Of a stretch of DNA of 64,000 nucleotides, positions 39,037 to 48,885 are shown in pieces (position 1 is the stretch's first letter; the number at the start of each line of letters is the position of its first letter). A program made the translations under genes and the position numbers. The notes under the pieces were generated by a model, which saw nothing but the letters and a program-made list of their open reading frames with translations, was not told the DNA's origin and did no database searches. The stretch comes from Candidatus Micrarchaeota archaeon (GTDB lineage Archaea > Micrarchaeota > Micrarchaeia > Micrarchaeales > Micrarchaeaceae). The stretch lies in contig JAKAWS010000003.1 of NCBI GenBank assembly GCA_021816885.1, positions 5,091 through 69,090 of the forward strand. The letters are read 5' to 3'.

Positions 39037-39684
39037 ATGACAGAAGAAAATCTAAAGGGTATATTCAAGAAATACGAGCTCAAACCGCTGCCTTACAATC
39101 TGGATGCGCTTGAGCCTTACATAAGCAAAGACATAATGGATGTGCACTATAATGGGCACCATAAGGCATATGTGAACACAGTCAACAACCTAGTAGACAG
39201 GTTCGGAAAGATAGTAAACGAGGAGACGAAGGAATATGACATACAGGGAGTGGTGAGAGGCATAACCTTCAACCTGAACGGGCATAAGCTGCATTCCCTA
39301 TACTGGAACAATATGGCAGAGGAATCGAAGAGGGGAAAGCCGGGAGGCATGATAGCGGACATGATAAACAAGCAGTACAAGAGCCTGGACAGGTTCAAGA
39401 AGGTGCTGTTTGAGACTGCGACATCGCTGCCTGGCACCGGTTGGACGACCCTGAACTACGACGTGGAGAACGGAAACCTACAGATAATGACATATGAGAA
39501 CCATTTCATGAACCAGATAGCTGAGCTTCCAATAATAATGATACTTGACGAGTTTGAGCACGCGTACTACCTCCAATACAAGAACAAGAGGAACGACTAC
39601 ATAGAAGCATGGTGGAACCTGATAAACTGGGGCGACGTGGAGAACAGGCTAAGGATTGCAGTAAACAGGGCACCAGAACACTAA
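39037..39684 (+). CDS. sod: Superoxide dismutase (Fe/Mn family)
   Basis: [25 protein letters not shown] ... [13 protein letters not shown] metal-ligand motifs. 215 aa. Confidence 0.95.
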   Translation: MTEENLKGIFKKYELKPLPYNLDALEPYISKDIMDVHYNGHHKAYVNTVNNLVDRFGKIVNEETKEYDIQGVVRGITFNLNGHKLHSLYWNNMAEESKRGKPGGMIADMINKQYKSLDRFKKVLFETATSLPGTGWTTLNYDVENGNLQIMTYENHFMNQIAELPIIMILDEFEHAYYLQYKNKRNDYIEAWWNLINWGDVENRLRIAVNRAPEH

Positions 39685-40757
39685 GCAAGGCTGGCTATAA
39701 CGTCCATAAGCTTGCCTATCGGACAGGATGTACGTATGCTCTCTTTCTCCATGTGGGTAAGAGAAGCAGAAAACCCACCCTCCCTAAGGGAGCTGATGAC
39801 CTTTCCAGGGCTCACTGAAGGCATCCGGGCAATCTTAGTAAGCACAGGCAGAGAGTAATAGAATAAAGAATCTGTCTCTTCGGATATCATGCTAGCAATC
39901 TTGGCGTCAGGGAATCCGGACCGCACGAAATACGAGCACGCGTCGCGCCGGACTTTCTCATCATAAAGCGGACCGAGCCACATAATCCCAGAAGAGACTG
40001 CGCCTGCCCCGCAAGCTCTGCAAACGCTCTGTTTTGGGATAAACCCGATTTTGGTATCTATATTCCTGCAGTCCATGCAATGATATGCAAAACCAAGGCT
40101 GTGCACCGTCGAAGAGGAATTGGCAGCGCCGTGCCTGAGTACAAAGGCAATTCTCATCATATGCCTGTAAGAGAAGGAGAAGATGACATCTATTCCGTAG
40201 TTGAACTGGGCGGATATACGCGCGCAATATCCTATGAGTATGCGAAGCCCTGCCTCATGGCAAAGTTCGTCATGGAGCGGCACAGAGCCATACATCTTCA
40301 TGCATGCTTCTGGCTGAGCGCCACAGAGGACTGCGGTATCGGTTGCGCTCACAAGGAAGATGGTCCCGTCCCTGCCTATCTTCATAAGGTCATACAGGTT
40401 AGGGACTGGGCTGCCAAACGGGTCAAGGTCTATGATGTCAAAACGCTCTTCTGAGGAGTTGGCGAAGCTCTGGATGCTCTCGTTGAGCACCTCAGCGCGG
40501 ATTCCGTTATCCGATAGGTTCTTCCTGGCAGAGATGCTCGCATCTTTATTTATATCCAAAAATGTCGCGTTCTCGATTCCAAGCTCTTTGGCATACCTTA
40601 TCCCTCTGATACCTGTCGCCGAAGTTGAATCGAGCAGGGTCTTCTTCCCGGAGAAACACGAGAGGATGGCAACGCTCATATCCCTAGGGAAACGCGAAAG
40701 AGGGTTTAGGAAAGCAGAACCCTCGTCTATGACCGCCAATCCCTCCTCATATCCCAT
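39681..40757 (-). CDS. trm1: tRNA (guanine26-N2)-dimethyltransferase
   Basis: [32 protein letters not shown], and a C-terminal Cys cluster. 358 aa. Confidence 0.85.
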   Translation of the reverse strand: MGYEEGLAVIDEGSAFLNPLSRFPRDMSVAILSCFSGKKTLLDSTSATGIRGIRYAKELGIENATFLDINKDASISARKNLSDNGIRAEVLNESIQSFANSSEERFDIIDLDPFGSPVPNLYDLMKIGRDGTIFLVSATDTAVLCGAQPEACMKMYGSVPLHDELCHEAGLRILIGYCARISAQFNYGIDVIFSFSYRHMMRIAFVLRHGAANSSSTVHSLGFAYHCMDCRNIDTKIGFIPKQSVCRACGAGAVSSGIMWLGPLYDEKVRRDACSYFVRSGFPDAKIASMISEETDSLFYYSLPVLTKIARMPSVSPGKVISSLREGGFSASLTHMEKESIRTSCPIGKLMDVIASLA

Positions 40758-41046
40758 ACTTATCGACCTTCATTATCTTCAGCACAGCATCGAGAAGCCC
40801 GTGTGCGTACGAGATGCAAGAGAAGGAGGTGACCAGGTCGCCCTTTTCCATATACGAGTGCGCATCCTCCGCATACATCTTCGCAAGTTCGCGTATCTTC
40901 TCCAGATCTTCCGGAAGCGCGATACCTCTGAGCATCTCTAAATTCTCAGAAAACGCTGAGATATCCTTCTTCACGCGTTCTTCAATCTTTTCTGACATGC
41001 AAACCAGAAAATAGGATTTCTGCCCAAGTTTATTATACCTTCCCAA
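40747..41046 (-). CDS. Hypothetical protein
   Basis: 99 aa, conserved-looking helical protein upstream of trm1 with an 11-nt overlap. Confidence 0.3.
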   Translation of the reverse strand: MGRYNKLGQKSYFLVCMSEKIEERVKKDISAFSENLEMLRGIALPEDLEKIRELAKMYAEDAHSYMEKGDLVTSFSCISYAHGLLDAVLKIMKVDKYGI

Positions 41047-41066
41047 ACAATTGAATCTGTGATGCT

Positions 41067-41654
41067 ATGGCAGAGACGACCAGCAACGCGGAATTCATAC
41101 TAAAAAGGATAGCGCCTAACATAAAGAGCAAGTTTGGAATAGATATAGAAGAATTCTTAAGAAACCCGCAAGGCTTCTCAAATGATCAGGACATAGCTAA
41201 TAAAATAGAACAGATAGAGGCAGAACTAAGCGAAGACATAGACGAGATAATAAAGAGCATGGGGGATGCCCAGAAAAGGTTTAATGATGATATGGCGAAG
41301 GCAGACGCTGTATCTAAGAAGCTAGGACAGGCGATATCCATACAGGCAAGGCAGCTGGGGATACCAATGATAACCCCTAAGGACACAGACGGATTCGATA
41401 ATACGGAGATGATATACGTCGACAACGCGGACGACAACACTCTTGCGTTGGCGCAGAAGCTGCTCGGAATGTCTAACTTTGTGATAGGCGGAGCGCTAAC
41501 ATACAACGAGTATAAGGTATCGGACTGGACATTCGCCACGAACAGCAAGAACTATGCGATTAGGATAAACATACCATCAAATCCAGTTCTCGACATGGAA
41601 TACGCCAAGACAGAGATAACTGACGCGATAGACGCGGCAAAAGGTTACCTATGA
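41067..41654 (+). CDS. Hypothetical protein
   Basis: 195 aa, no recognisable motif. Its stop overlaps the fap7 start by 4 nt. Confidence 0.3.
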   Translation: MAETTSNAEFILKRIAPNIKSKFGIDIEEFLRNPQGFSNDQDIANKIEQIEAELSEDIDEIIKSMGDAQKRFNDDMAKADAVSKKLGQAISIQARQLGIPMITPKDTDGFDNTEMIYVDNADDNTLALAQKLLGMSNFVIGGALTYNEYKVSDWTFATNSKNYAIRINIPSNPVLDMEYAKTEITDAIDAAKGYL

Positions 41655-42217
41655 AAAGCATCGGCGTTGTTGTGGTTGGCACCCCATCAGCCGGCAAGAG
41701 CTATTTTGCATCTATCCTTAAAAAGAGGATTCGTGGCGTAAAGGTATTGGAGATAAACGACGTGGCAAAGGCACGCCGCCTATTCTTTAAAAAGGCTGAC
41801 GCAGACGGGACAAAAACTGTAAGGTTAGGGGAGTTGGAACGTGCGATAAATAGCGAGACAAAAAGGAGTGGGTCATGGGTGGTGGTCGGACACCTTGGCG
41901 TAGAGATGAATCTTGGGGCGGATATCGCAGTAGTGATAAGAGCACATCTCAAAGAGCTTGAAAGAAGGATGAAGCAAAGAGGCTACAGCAAGAGGAAGAT
42001 AATGGATAACCTGGTATCCGAAGCGATAGACTACAGTGGATCCAAGGCATCGGGGATGTACAAGGAAACATACGAGATATCGGACAAAGAGGAGATGGAG
42101 GGTATGGCAAAATACATAAAGGAAAGGATACAAGGAAGCAAAAAGAGAAGGAGGTCGGGCCAGAAAAGATACTTAACTGAACTTATCCCTTACATAAAGA
42201 AGTACGGGAATCAATGA
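41651..42217 (+). CDS. fap7: Adenylate kinase isoenzyme 6 / Fap7-like nucleotide kinase (ribosome biogenesis)
   Basis: P-loop VVGTPSAGKS, VVVGHLG, and RGYSKRKIMDNLVSEAID matching the Fap7/AK6 signature. Confidence 0.7.
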   Translation: MKSIGVVVVGTPSAGKSYFASILKKRIRGVKVLEINDVAKARRLFFKKADADGTKTVRLGELERAINSETKRSGSWVVVGHLGVEMNLGADIAVVIRAHLKELERRMKQRGYSKRKIMDNLVSEAIDYSGSKASGMYKETYEISDKEEMEGMAKYIKERIQGSKKRRRSGQKRYLTELIPYIKKYGNQ

Positions 42218-42225
42218 TTAAGATG

Positions 42226-42951
42226 TTACTTCTTGATTAGGTAGATAAAGAACTCCTGCTGCTCGGAAGATTTTCCTTTAAGCTCAGAACTTACCAAACC
42301 ATTTACCAGATAGCCGTTGTTCCTAGCCCATTCGGCGATTCTTTCCGCTATTCTTGTGCACTCTTCATAATTCCGAACCTTTTTCACCTTCCCGCTACCC
42401 TCGAATGGTGGTTTTATGAGACCTAATACCCCTCCATTTGTTCCGAGCCAGTTCTTTGCGACTGAAAGGATGCTTTCTATTGTTGAGAATGTCACATCAA
42501 CAAGGCACAGGTCCGGGGTTTCCCCTAATTCTTTGATGGTTCGTGCATCGGTATTCGGCATGTACACCACTCTAGAATCACTCTTTAGTGTCTTGTCCAG
42601 AACATCTCCAGTATCGATTGCGTAAACTCTCTTCGCTCCGCGCTTTAGTGAGTAGTCTGTGAATCCGCCTTTGCTGCACCCTATGTCAGCGATTATTTTA
42701 TCCTCGAAAACTATCCCAAAGTGTCTGGCTGCACTGTCTATCTTGTAGCCGCCCCTGCTAACATACTTAAATCCCTCAATAATTTTAATCTTGGTGTTTT
42801 CATTCACACGTTTGCTTGGTTCTTGTACCACCGCGTCGTCGACCAGTATGCTTCCGGATTTTATCAGGTGTTTCGCCTTCTCTCTGCTGTCTGCATAGCC
42901 ATTTTTTACTAGGAAAACGTCAAGCCTTATATCTTCTATTGTTTTTTCCAT
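42226..42951 (-). CDS. tlyA: TlyA-family rRNA 2'-O-methyltransferase (S4 + FtsJ-like)
   Basis: S4 domain RLDVFLVKNGYADSREKAKHLIKSG, then MTase motif IADIGCSKGGFTD. Confidence 0.8.
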   Translation of the reverse strand: MEKTIEDIRLDVFLVKNGYADSREKAKHLIKSGSILVDDAVVQEPSKRVNENTKIKIIEGFKYVSRGGYKIDSAARHFGIVFEDKIIADIGCSKGGFTDYSLKRGAKRVYAIDTGDVLDKTLKSDSRVVYMPNTDARTIKELGETPDLCLVDVTFSTIESILSVAKNWLGTNGGVLGLIKPPFEGSGKVKKVRNYEECTRIAERIAEWARNNGYLVNGLVSSELKGKSSEQQEFFIYLIKK

Positions 42952-43111
42952 ATAAAATCAGGCTTGTGTTCCTAACGAAATGTATGCGCGCAATTGGTCC
43001 CGTCGCTTGTTCCTGTATTACCTCCACTTTCATTATGTTTATGTTAAACAGTACTTTTAGCTCTTCTCTGAACCCTCTACTGAAAATACATACTACTAAT
43101 GACCAACAGAT

Positions 43112-44548
43112 TTAAGGATTAAGGACTCTTTTCATCATCTCCTGCCAGACTGGCTTCGCATAGCGTTCGGGCAGGCGTTTAAGGATTTTGCTCTTTCCTT
43201 TCATTATGTGGGAAGGAAACGGGAATTTTTTATCTTTTACAGCCCACCTGAGAAATCCTTCAAGGTCTCTTATTTCAGACTTTCTAATCGAGACAAGTCG
43301 TTCGCCAGACAGAAGTAATATCTCGCTGGGGCTATGTTTGAGATAAAACGACGATGCGCCATCTTTGATGAAGACGCTAGGGCCGCGGACCGACTCAGAG
43401 CCTATTTCTGCACGATTCAAGAAGAAAGTGATTATTGCCACATTCTGATAAAGGCTTTGGACAACAAGTATTGGCTCGGATATGCTCTCAGAGACCAGTT
43501 TTTCAAGGTTCTTTCTGAGCTTGGTTATCTGTGGCCATACGGTATCTTCAGATATCTTGCTGACAGGCATGACTATGCTGCATGACTCGATACTGAATTT
43601 GCGCTTGAAGCCTTCAATGCTTGCGGAGGCCCTCTCATCAGAGAATTTCTTCCCGAAGAATACAGATGAAAGATTCTTGGATGCAAGAAGCATCCTGGAT
43701 ATAATAACAAGCCTTGCGAAGGACTCGTCAGATACGGCGGCAGCGACATTCCTGTTCGGGTCGGTAGGATCCACAACTACAAGATTGGAGGCGAACCGCC
43801 TCGAGAATTCCAAGCCCCTATCGCCATATACGACCTCCTGTATTTCTGGCCTTATCAGGACAGGGAGTTTCGCGTCTGAAAGAGACTTCAGCATCTTAAG
43901 AAGGCTTCCGTAACTGCAGATAAGGAGCTCGCAAAGGTATCCGGAGAATCCGCCAATTCTTGCTTCGGCTCCGTATATGTAGTGTTGCTTAAGCAGGTAT
44001 TTGAGCGCACGCACATCGCCCTTCTGTTTTTCTGTTAGGTTATCATTCACAAAGATATTGTGGAGCGGGGTGCGATCAACAGCACTAGCGATCTCTGAAG
44101 CATCGCTTATCTTGAACGAGGGAACCACATCCGCGCTCATTCCAGACTTATTCTCGATGATCTTGAGGTAAGGATGTTCAGCATAGTTTATCACAAAATG
44201 CTCGTTCTTCCTATCGACTATGCGCTTAGCGATAAAAAGGGCTTTTTTCTCCATCTCCCTTTCCTCCATAACTTTGGGAAACTGAAGGAAAATGTCTATG
44301 TCCGAAGAGCCGCGTATCTGTGTGCCACGTGCGACAGAACCCGCCATTATTATCTCAACATCGCCGGGAAGCTTGCTCTTCAGCCTTGAGATTATTGAAT
44401 CAGCATACTCAGTAGTAAGAAATATCTCGTCCTTGGTAGGTTTAGTCTCGGATGCGATACGCTCTATCAATCTGGCAAGCGGTTCGGCAGGTTCGCTTGC
44501 CTTAACATTCTTCTTCGGCGGTTTAGCAGAGGAGCGCACGCACATCAA
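43112..44548 (-). CDS. cca: CCA-adding tRNA nucleotidyltransferase (archaeal class I)
   Basis: MAGSVARGTQIRGSSDIDIFLQF (Pol-beta NT motif) and the archaeal Cca body. The ~25-aa N-terminal extension in the ORF track may not be translated. Confidence 0.85.
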   Translation of the reverse strand: MMCVRSSAKPPKKNVKASEPAEPLARLIERIASETKPTKDEIFLTTEYADSIISRLKSKLPGDVEIIMAGSVARGTQIRGSSDIDIFLQFPKVMEEREMEKKALFIAKRIVDRKNEHFVINYAEHPYLKIIENKSGMSADVVPSFKISDASEIASAVDRTPLHNIFVNDNLTEKQKGDVRALKYLLKQHYIYGAEARIGGFSGYLCELLICSYGSLLKMLKSLSDAKLPVLIRPEIQEVVYGDRGLEFSRRFASNLVVVDPTDPNRNVAAAVSDESFARLVIISRMLLASKNLSSVFFGKKFSDERASASIEGFKRKFSIESCSIVMPVSKISEDTVWPQITKLRKNLEKLVSESISEPILVVQSLYQNVAIITFFLNRAEIGSESVRGPSVFIKDGASSFYLKHSPSEILLLSGERLVSIRKSEIRDLEGFLRWAVKDKKFPFPSHIMKGKSKILKRLPERYAKPVWQEMMKRVLNP

Positions 44549-44571
44549 CCATTTAAGTATCTGCTATAGGG

Positions 44572-44579
44572 TTTATAAA
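44572..44579 (+). promoter_or_regulatory. TATA box (tttataaa) about -29 from tRNA-Ala
   Basis: A/T box at canonical spacing. Confidence 0.45.
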
Positions 44580-44603
44580 TTCTCATAAAAAAGCTCTGAT
44601 AAA

Positions 44604-44675
44604 GGGGCTCTTGGCTCAGTAGTAGAGCGCCTCGTTCGCAACGAGGAGGCCGCGGGTGCGAATCCCGCAGAGTCC
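44604..44675 (+). tRNA. tRNA-Ala (anticodon CGC), intronless
   Basis: Acceptor gggctct/agagtcc with the G3:U70 Ala identity pair, D-arm gctcagtagtagagc, anticodon loop ttCGCaa, T-arm gcgggtgcgaatcccgc, discriminator A. Confidence 0.85.
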
Positions 44676-44676
44676 A

Positions 44677-44685
44677 CGTTTTTTC
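44677..44685 (+). terminator. Oligo-T tract after tRNA-Ala
   Basis: cgttttttc immediately 3' of the tRNA; an archaeal terminator-like T-run. Confidence 0.35.
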
Positions 44686-44799
44686 CCAAGCGAAATTACG
44701 GGACAAACCGGTAAGCTGCCCTACGGGTTGAAGCTGTACGGGCTCTTCTTGGACAAGTATATCGTGCTGAAGCCGCTAAGCAGGAGCCAAAAGAGATAA

Positions 44800-45783
44800 T
44801 TACAGGTTTCTTACTATGAGTTCCGCCATGGCATTAATCAACTTCTCTGAATCGTTAGGTGGATGCATCCTGGTGATCCCTATGTCTATCTTTTTTGCAG
44901 TTTCGTCGCATTCAGCGCCTAAACCGTATAACGTTTCCATGTTCTCCGCCACATATCCCAACGGCACCAGCAGTACTCGTTCAAATCCTTTCGATTTTGA
45001 TTCCGATATGCAGATCTTTATGTCCTTGACCGGAGCCGGATGGCCTCCTGTGTAGTATCCGCATGTCCAATCTTGAAGCATAAGCTCCGTTGCAAGCCTT
45101 CTGGCAGTTCTTTCGAAATTTTTTATGTACTCGTCGCCTCCATCGATGAACACTTTCGGCATACTGTGGGTGGTGAATATCACCATGGTCCTCTCTCCCC
45201 TAATCGGAGCATATGCCTTGAGTATGCTTTCCTTCCACGTATCCAAGAATTGGACATTATCATCCCATGATTTAATCACGGTTGCGCTGCAGTCCATCCT
45301 CTGCGCCTTCATCTCGGATAGCAGGATCTTCTCGTATTTGTCATTGAACACCTTTGAGTATGAAGGGAACATGACTATCCCTATGACCTCGGCGCAACCA
45401 GCTTCCTTTATTTTCGCTACCACCTCCCTTATCGACGGATGCAGACGCTTCATTGCCGGGTAGACACCCGCATTTACTCCTTTCTCACTTAGCTTTGACT
45501 GCAAGGCGATTGCTTGCCTGTTGGTTATCTCCAGCAGCGGCGAAAACCCTATGCTAGCGTATTTACTTCTGAGCGCATCCATCTGCTTTTTTGTGGGCTT
45601 GCGCATGGCTCTTGCGACAGTAGCTGCATTGCGCCAGTCCTTCAACAGCCCTATTACAAGCTGCTTAGTCACCTTATGTTCCATTCTCAGCTCTGAAACG
45701 TACTTTTCGACCTCGTCCTGGTTGCTCGGGCTGCCAACGCTCATCAGGAGCACTGCGATTCTTTTCTTTCCTTCATTTTCCAC
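44800..45783 (-). CDS. hemH: Ferrochelatase
   Basis: FTTHSMP (FSAHSLP-like) and LVPLGYVAENMETL (IGFVSDHIETL-like). 327 aa. Confidence 0.8.
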   Translation of the reverse strand: MENEGKKRIAVLLMSVGSPSNQDEVEKYVSELRMEHKVTKQLVIGLLKDWRNAATVARAMRKPTKKQMDALRSKYASIGFSPLLEITNRQAIALQSKLSEKGVNAGVYPAMKRLHPSIREVVAKIKEAGCAEVIGIVMFPSYSKVFNDKYEKILLSEMKAQRMDCSATVIKSWDDNVQFLDTWKESILKAYAPIRGERTMVIFTTHSMPKVFIDGGDEYIKNFERTARRLATELMLQDWTCGYYTGGHPAPVKDIKICISESKSKGFERVLLVPLGYVAENMETLYGLGAECDETAKKIDIGITRMHPPNDSEKLINAMAELIVRNL

Positions 45784-45850
45784 AAATCGATATTTAGCAC
45801 AGGATATTTTAATTGTTAGTGTCGAAAAATATATCGCTGTGTTGAGTCAG

Positions 45851-46963
45851 ATGACTTTCTCTAACAAACCCATACTGCTTTTCTGGGAAACCACTAGGGC
45901 ATGCCCGTTGCGCTGTGTGCACTGCCGGGCAGACGCAATAGAGAATCCACTTCCCGGAGAATTAAGCACAGCAGAAGGCAAGAATCTTATAGATCAGGTC
46001 GCTGCGTTCGGCAAGCCCTATCCAGTAATCATATTTACTGGAGGGGATCCGCTTAAGAGGGATGATCTCTATGAGCTTTTGGCTTATACCTCCAGCAAGG
46101 GAATCGGCTTTGCCGTGAGCCCTGCCGTGTCACAGTTCCTCACTATCGAAGTGCTTGAAAAATTGAAACGCAGCGGCGCCGCATCGATTTCTGTGAGCCT
46201 AGATGGGACTCAAAAAGAGATCCATGATAGTATAAGGCAGTTAAACGGTACATATGAAAGGACTATCTCGGTCATGCGGCAAGCGATTGGTATAGGTCTG
46301 CCGGTCCAGGTCAACACTACTGTGATGAAACAGAACGTAACTGAATTGCCTATGATGTTCAAGCAGCTTATGGAACTTGGCATAAAGGTCTGGGAGGTAT
46401 TTTTCCTGATAAAGGCAGGGAGAGGCAAGGGAGTCGATGATCTGACACCTAGCGAATGCGAAAGTGTATGCAATTTCCTTTATGATGTCTCAAAATGCGG
46501 GATAATTGTCAGGACAGTGGAAGCTCCCTTCATAAGGCGGGTGGCAAAGCGCAGGGAGCGCACCGACTACTGGGCAGGGGATGAGTTATATCTAAAAATG
46601 CGCTCCGAACTCGACGCGTTTGGATACAGACCCGTTGCACCTTCAACGATCAAGCCCGTCGGCACTCTAGATGGCGACGGAATTATGTTTGTCTCTTATG
46701 ACGGGACCGTTTCGCCAGGTGGATTCCTCCCGCTCGGAGTAGGAAACGTAAAGAATGGGAATATTGTTGATGTGTACACTAAAAACGAGTTGTTTATGGA
46801 TATAAGAGAGAGGCGTTTGGAAGGCCCATGCGGAACATGTGCATTTAAGAGTGAGTGCGGCGGCAGCAGAGCAAGGGCATATGCCTATTCTGGCAATCCC
46901 CTAGGTTCTGATTCCGCCTGTTTCTACATGCATAGCCTGAAAAACGGCGCCAAAGATAAGTAA
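45851..46963 (+). CDS. Radical SAM/SPASM-domain protein (AhbC/AhbD/NirJ-like)
   Basis: CPLRCVHC (CX3CX2C) near the N-terminus and a C-terminal SPASM Cys cluster (CGTCAFKSECGG...C). Start taken at the ATG at 45851; the ORF-track leader overlaps hemH antisense. Confidence 0.7.
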   Translation: MTFSNKPILLFWETTRACPLRCVHCRADAIENPLPGELSTAEGKNLIDQVAAFGKPYPVIIFTGGDPLKRDDLYELLAYTSSKGIGFAVSPAVSQFLTIEVLEKLKRSGAASISVSLDGTQKEIHDSIRQLNGTYERTISVMRQAIGIGLPVQVNTTVMKQNVTELPMMFKQLMELGIKVWEVFFLIKAGRGKGVDDLTPSECESVCNFLYDVSKCGIIVRTVEAPFIRRVAKRRERTDYWAGDELYLKMRSELDAFGYRPVAPSTIKPVGTLDGDGIMFVSYDGTVSPGGFLPLGVGNVKNGNIVDVYTKNELFMDIRERRLEGPCGTCAFKSECGGSRARAYAYSGNPLGSDSACFYMHSLKNGAKDK

Positions 46964-47127
46964 TGATAAATAGATCAGGCAAGTTCCCTGTCAAGTTGTG
47001 CGGGCATCATCATTGAAGCTTACCTATGCAAGCATAGGCGCACTCCCGGCCGAATCTATTTGCGCCGTTCTGATATCCTGATAGTAAATATTAAATATGT
47101 TTGTTCACATAATAAATATGTGTTTTT

Positions 47128-47370
47128 ATGCCCAACATCACCCTCTCGATAAGCAAGGAGCTGAAAAGCGAAATGGAACAGCATTCTTCCGTAAAGTGGT
47201 CAAGCGCGGTAAGAAGCATAATAGAGCAGAAGATCGCCGATTTCGATGAGTCAGAAAGAATAGCTAAAAAGAGCAAGTTTGGTTGGAAAGACTGGAATCC
47301 GATAGGTACAAAAATATCAAAGAGTGCGGCAAAACACGCAGAGGCGCTCCTGAATGAGAGTAACAGTTGA
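47128..47370 (+). CDS. vapB: RHH/CopG-like antitoxin (VapB-like)
   Basis: 80 aa, ITLSISKELKSEMEQ ribbon-helix-helix-like N-terminus. Overlaps the downstream PIN gene by 17 nt. Confidence 0.55.
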   Translation: MPNITLSISKELKSEMEQHSSVKWSSAVRSIIEQKIADFDESERIAKKSKFGWKDWNPIGTKISKSAAKHAEALLNESNS

Positions 47371-47764
47371 TGCCAACATACTATTTGCATGTCTTATAAA
47401 AGACTCTACAACAAGGAGACTCTTCTTCAACCCTGCACTATTCATTTTTGCACCGGAATTCATTGTAGATGAGTTTGTACTTCATATTAAAGAAATACGG
47501 GAGAAATCGGGATTGAAAGAAGATGGGCTATATAGATTGGTTGGCAAAGTGCTTAGTCAACTTACTCTCATATCAGACAAGGATCTAAAACCGTTCCTTC
47601 CGGCTGCCGCGAGCCTTGTTGATGATCCTAAAGATTGGCTATACATTTCCTGCGCGCTGCGTGAGAATACCGCAATATGGAGCCATGACTCTGATTCCGG
47701 CATGCAGAAAAGAGTTAAAGTTATTACCACAAAGGAACTCCACAGCATGGTTGGCTCACTTTAA
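47354..47764 (+). CDS. vapC: PIN-domain ribonuclease toxin (VapC-like)
   Basis: VDANILFACL N-terminal acidic motif and WSHDSD. 136 aa. Confidence 0.65.
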   Translation: MRVTVDANILFACLIKDSTTRRLFFNPALFIFAPEFIVDEFVLHIKEIREKSGLKEDGLYRLVGKVLSQLTLISDKDLKPFLPAAASLVDDPKDWLYISCALRENTAIWSHDSDSGMQKRVKVITTKELHSMVGSL

Positions 47765-48021
47765 CAGTTTGGCATGATGGTTTAACGGCAAGCGATACTA
47801 TGCGAGAAGGAAAAAAGTCGGAGAACCAATACTAAGTCGTAATCTGACAAAAAGCCAGACCTTGTTGGTAAGAGAATGAACGGCCAGAGCTGTAAAATCA
47901 GAGCTTGAAGAGAGATAGAGAGTGTCTGCTTTGAAAGCAGGAGTCGCAGGTGCGCCTCCGACCGAGTCTACAAAACAAGTTTAGCTGTAAGCCCAGCTGC
48001 ATAGTTCGACTTCCGCGCTTT

Positions 48022-48885
48022 TCAGGCTCCCTGCCTTCCTTCCTTATAAATATAGAAACCCTCTCCGGTCTTCCTTCCCAACTTTCCTGCTGCGACCATC
48101 CCCTTTATCGAATCCGGCGTCTTAAATCTCTCATCTTTTGTCGCATCGTATATCGAATCCGCCATCTCCTTGCATACATCCAAACCTATGAAATCCGCCA
48201 GCTCAAAAGGCCCCATCGGATGGTTAAGTCCCAGCCGGGCTATTGTGTCTATTCCCTCTTTCTCTGCGACGTTCCTTTCAAGAAGTATCGCAGCCTCGTA
48301 CAGCATCGGTATGAGTATGTTGTTGGCAATGAATCCAGGATAATCATTTACCCTTACGGCGGTTTTGCCGCATGCATTCGCTATGGATCTTGCCCTGCCC
48401 TCTGCCTCTTCAGATGTATGCTCCGTCACAACAAGCTCGACCAGTTTCATTACTGGCGCAGGATTGAAGAAATGCATTCCCAAGAACGCGCCCTTGTCCT
48501 CAAGCGCCTCTGAGAGGCGCGTTATCGATATGGACGATGTATTTGTTGCTATTACGGAATGCCCTCTGTGCCTGTCCGCACTTCTCAGCACATCTATTTT
48601 TACGTCCACTGATTCTTTGACTGCTTCTATTATCGCTTCTGATCCCTCGATATCCTTGTACTCTGTTGTAGTTGAAAGCATCCCTTTCGCATCCGTCATC
48701 TTCTGTTCTGTCATCATCCCTTTCTTTACTGCCTTGTGAAGGCTCGCATCGATGCCGGCGAGCCCCGCCTCCACCGAATTTTTGTTATGGCCTAACCACA
48801 TGACCTCATACCCTGAAGCTATCAGTATTTGTGCTATCCCTACCCCCATAGTCCCCATACCTATTACTGATATCCTTGTGCTCAT
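48022..48885 (-). CDS. hbd: 3-hydroxyacyl-CoA (3-hydroxybutyryl-CoA) dehydrogenase
   Basis: Rossmann VIGMGTMGVGIAQ and HFFNPAPVMKLVE. The ATG at 48885 overlaps the thiolase stop (ATGA); the ORF-track start at 48936 is probably too early. Confidence 0.85.
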   Translation of the reverse strand: MSTRISVIGMGTMGVGIAQILIASGYEVMWLGHNKNSVEAGLAGIDASLHKAVKKGMMTEQKMTDAKGMLSTTTEYKDIEGSEAIIEAVKESVDVKIDVLRSADRHRGHSVIATNTSSISITRLSEALEDKGAFLGMHFFNPAPVMKLVELVVTEHTSEEAEGRARSIANACGKTAVRVNDYPGFIANNILIPMLYEAAILLERNVAEKEGIDTIARLGLNHPMGPFELADFIGLDVCKEMADSIYDATKDERFKTPDSIKGMVAAGKLGRKTGEGFYIYKEGRQGA

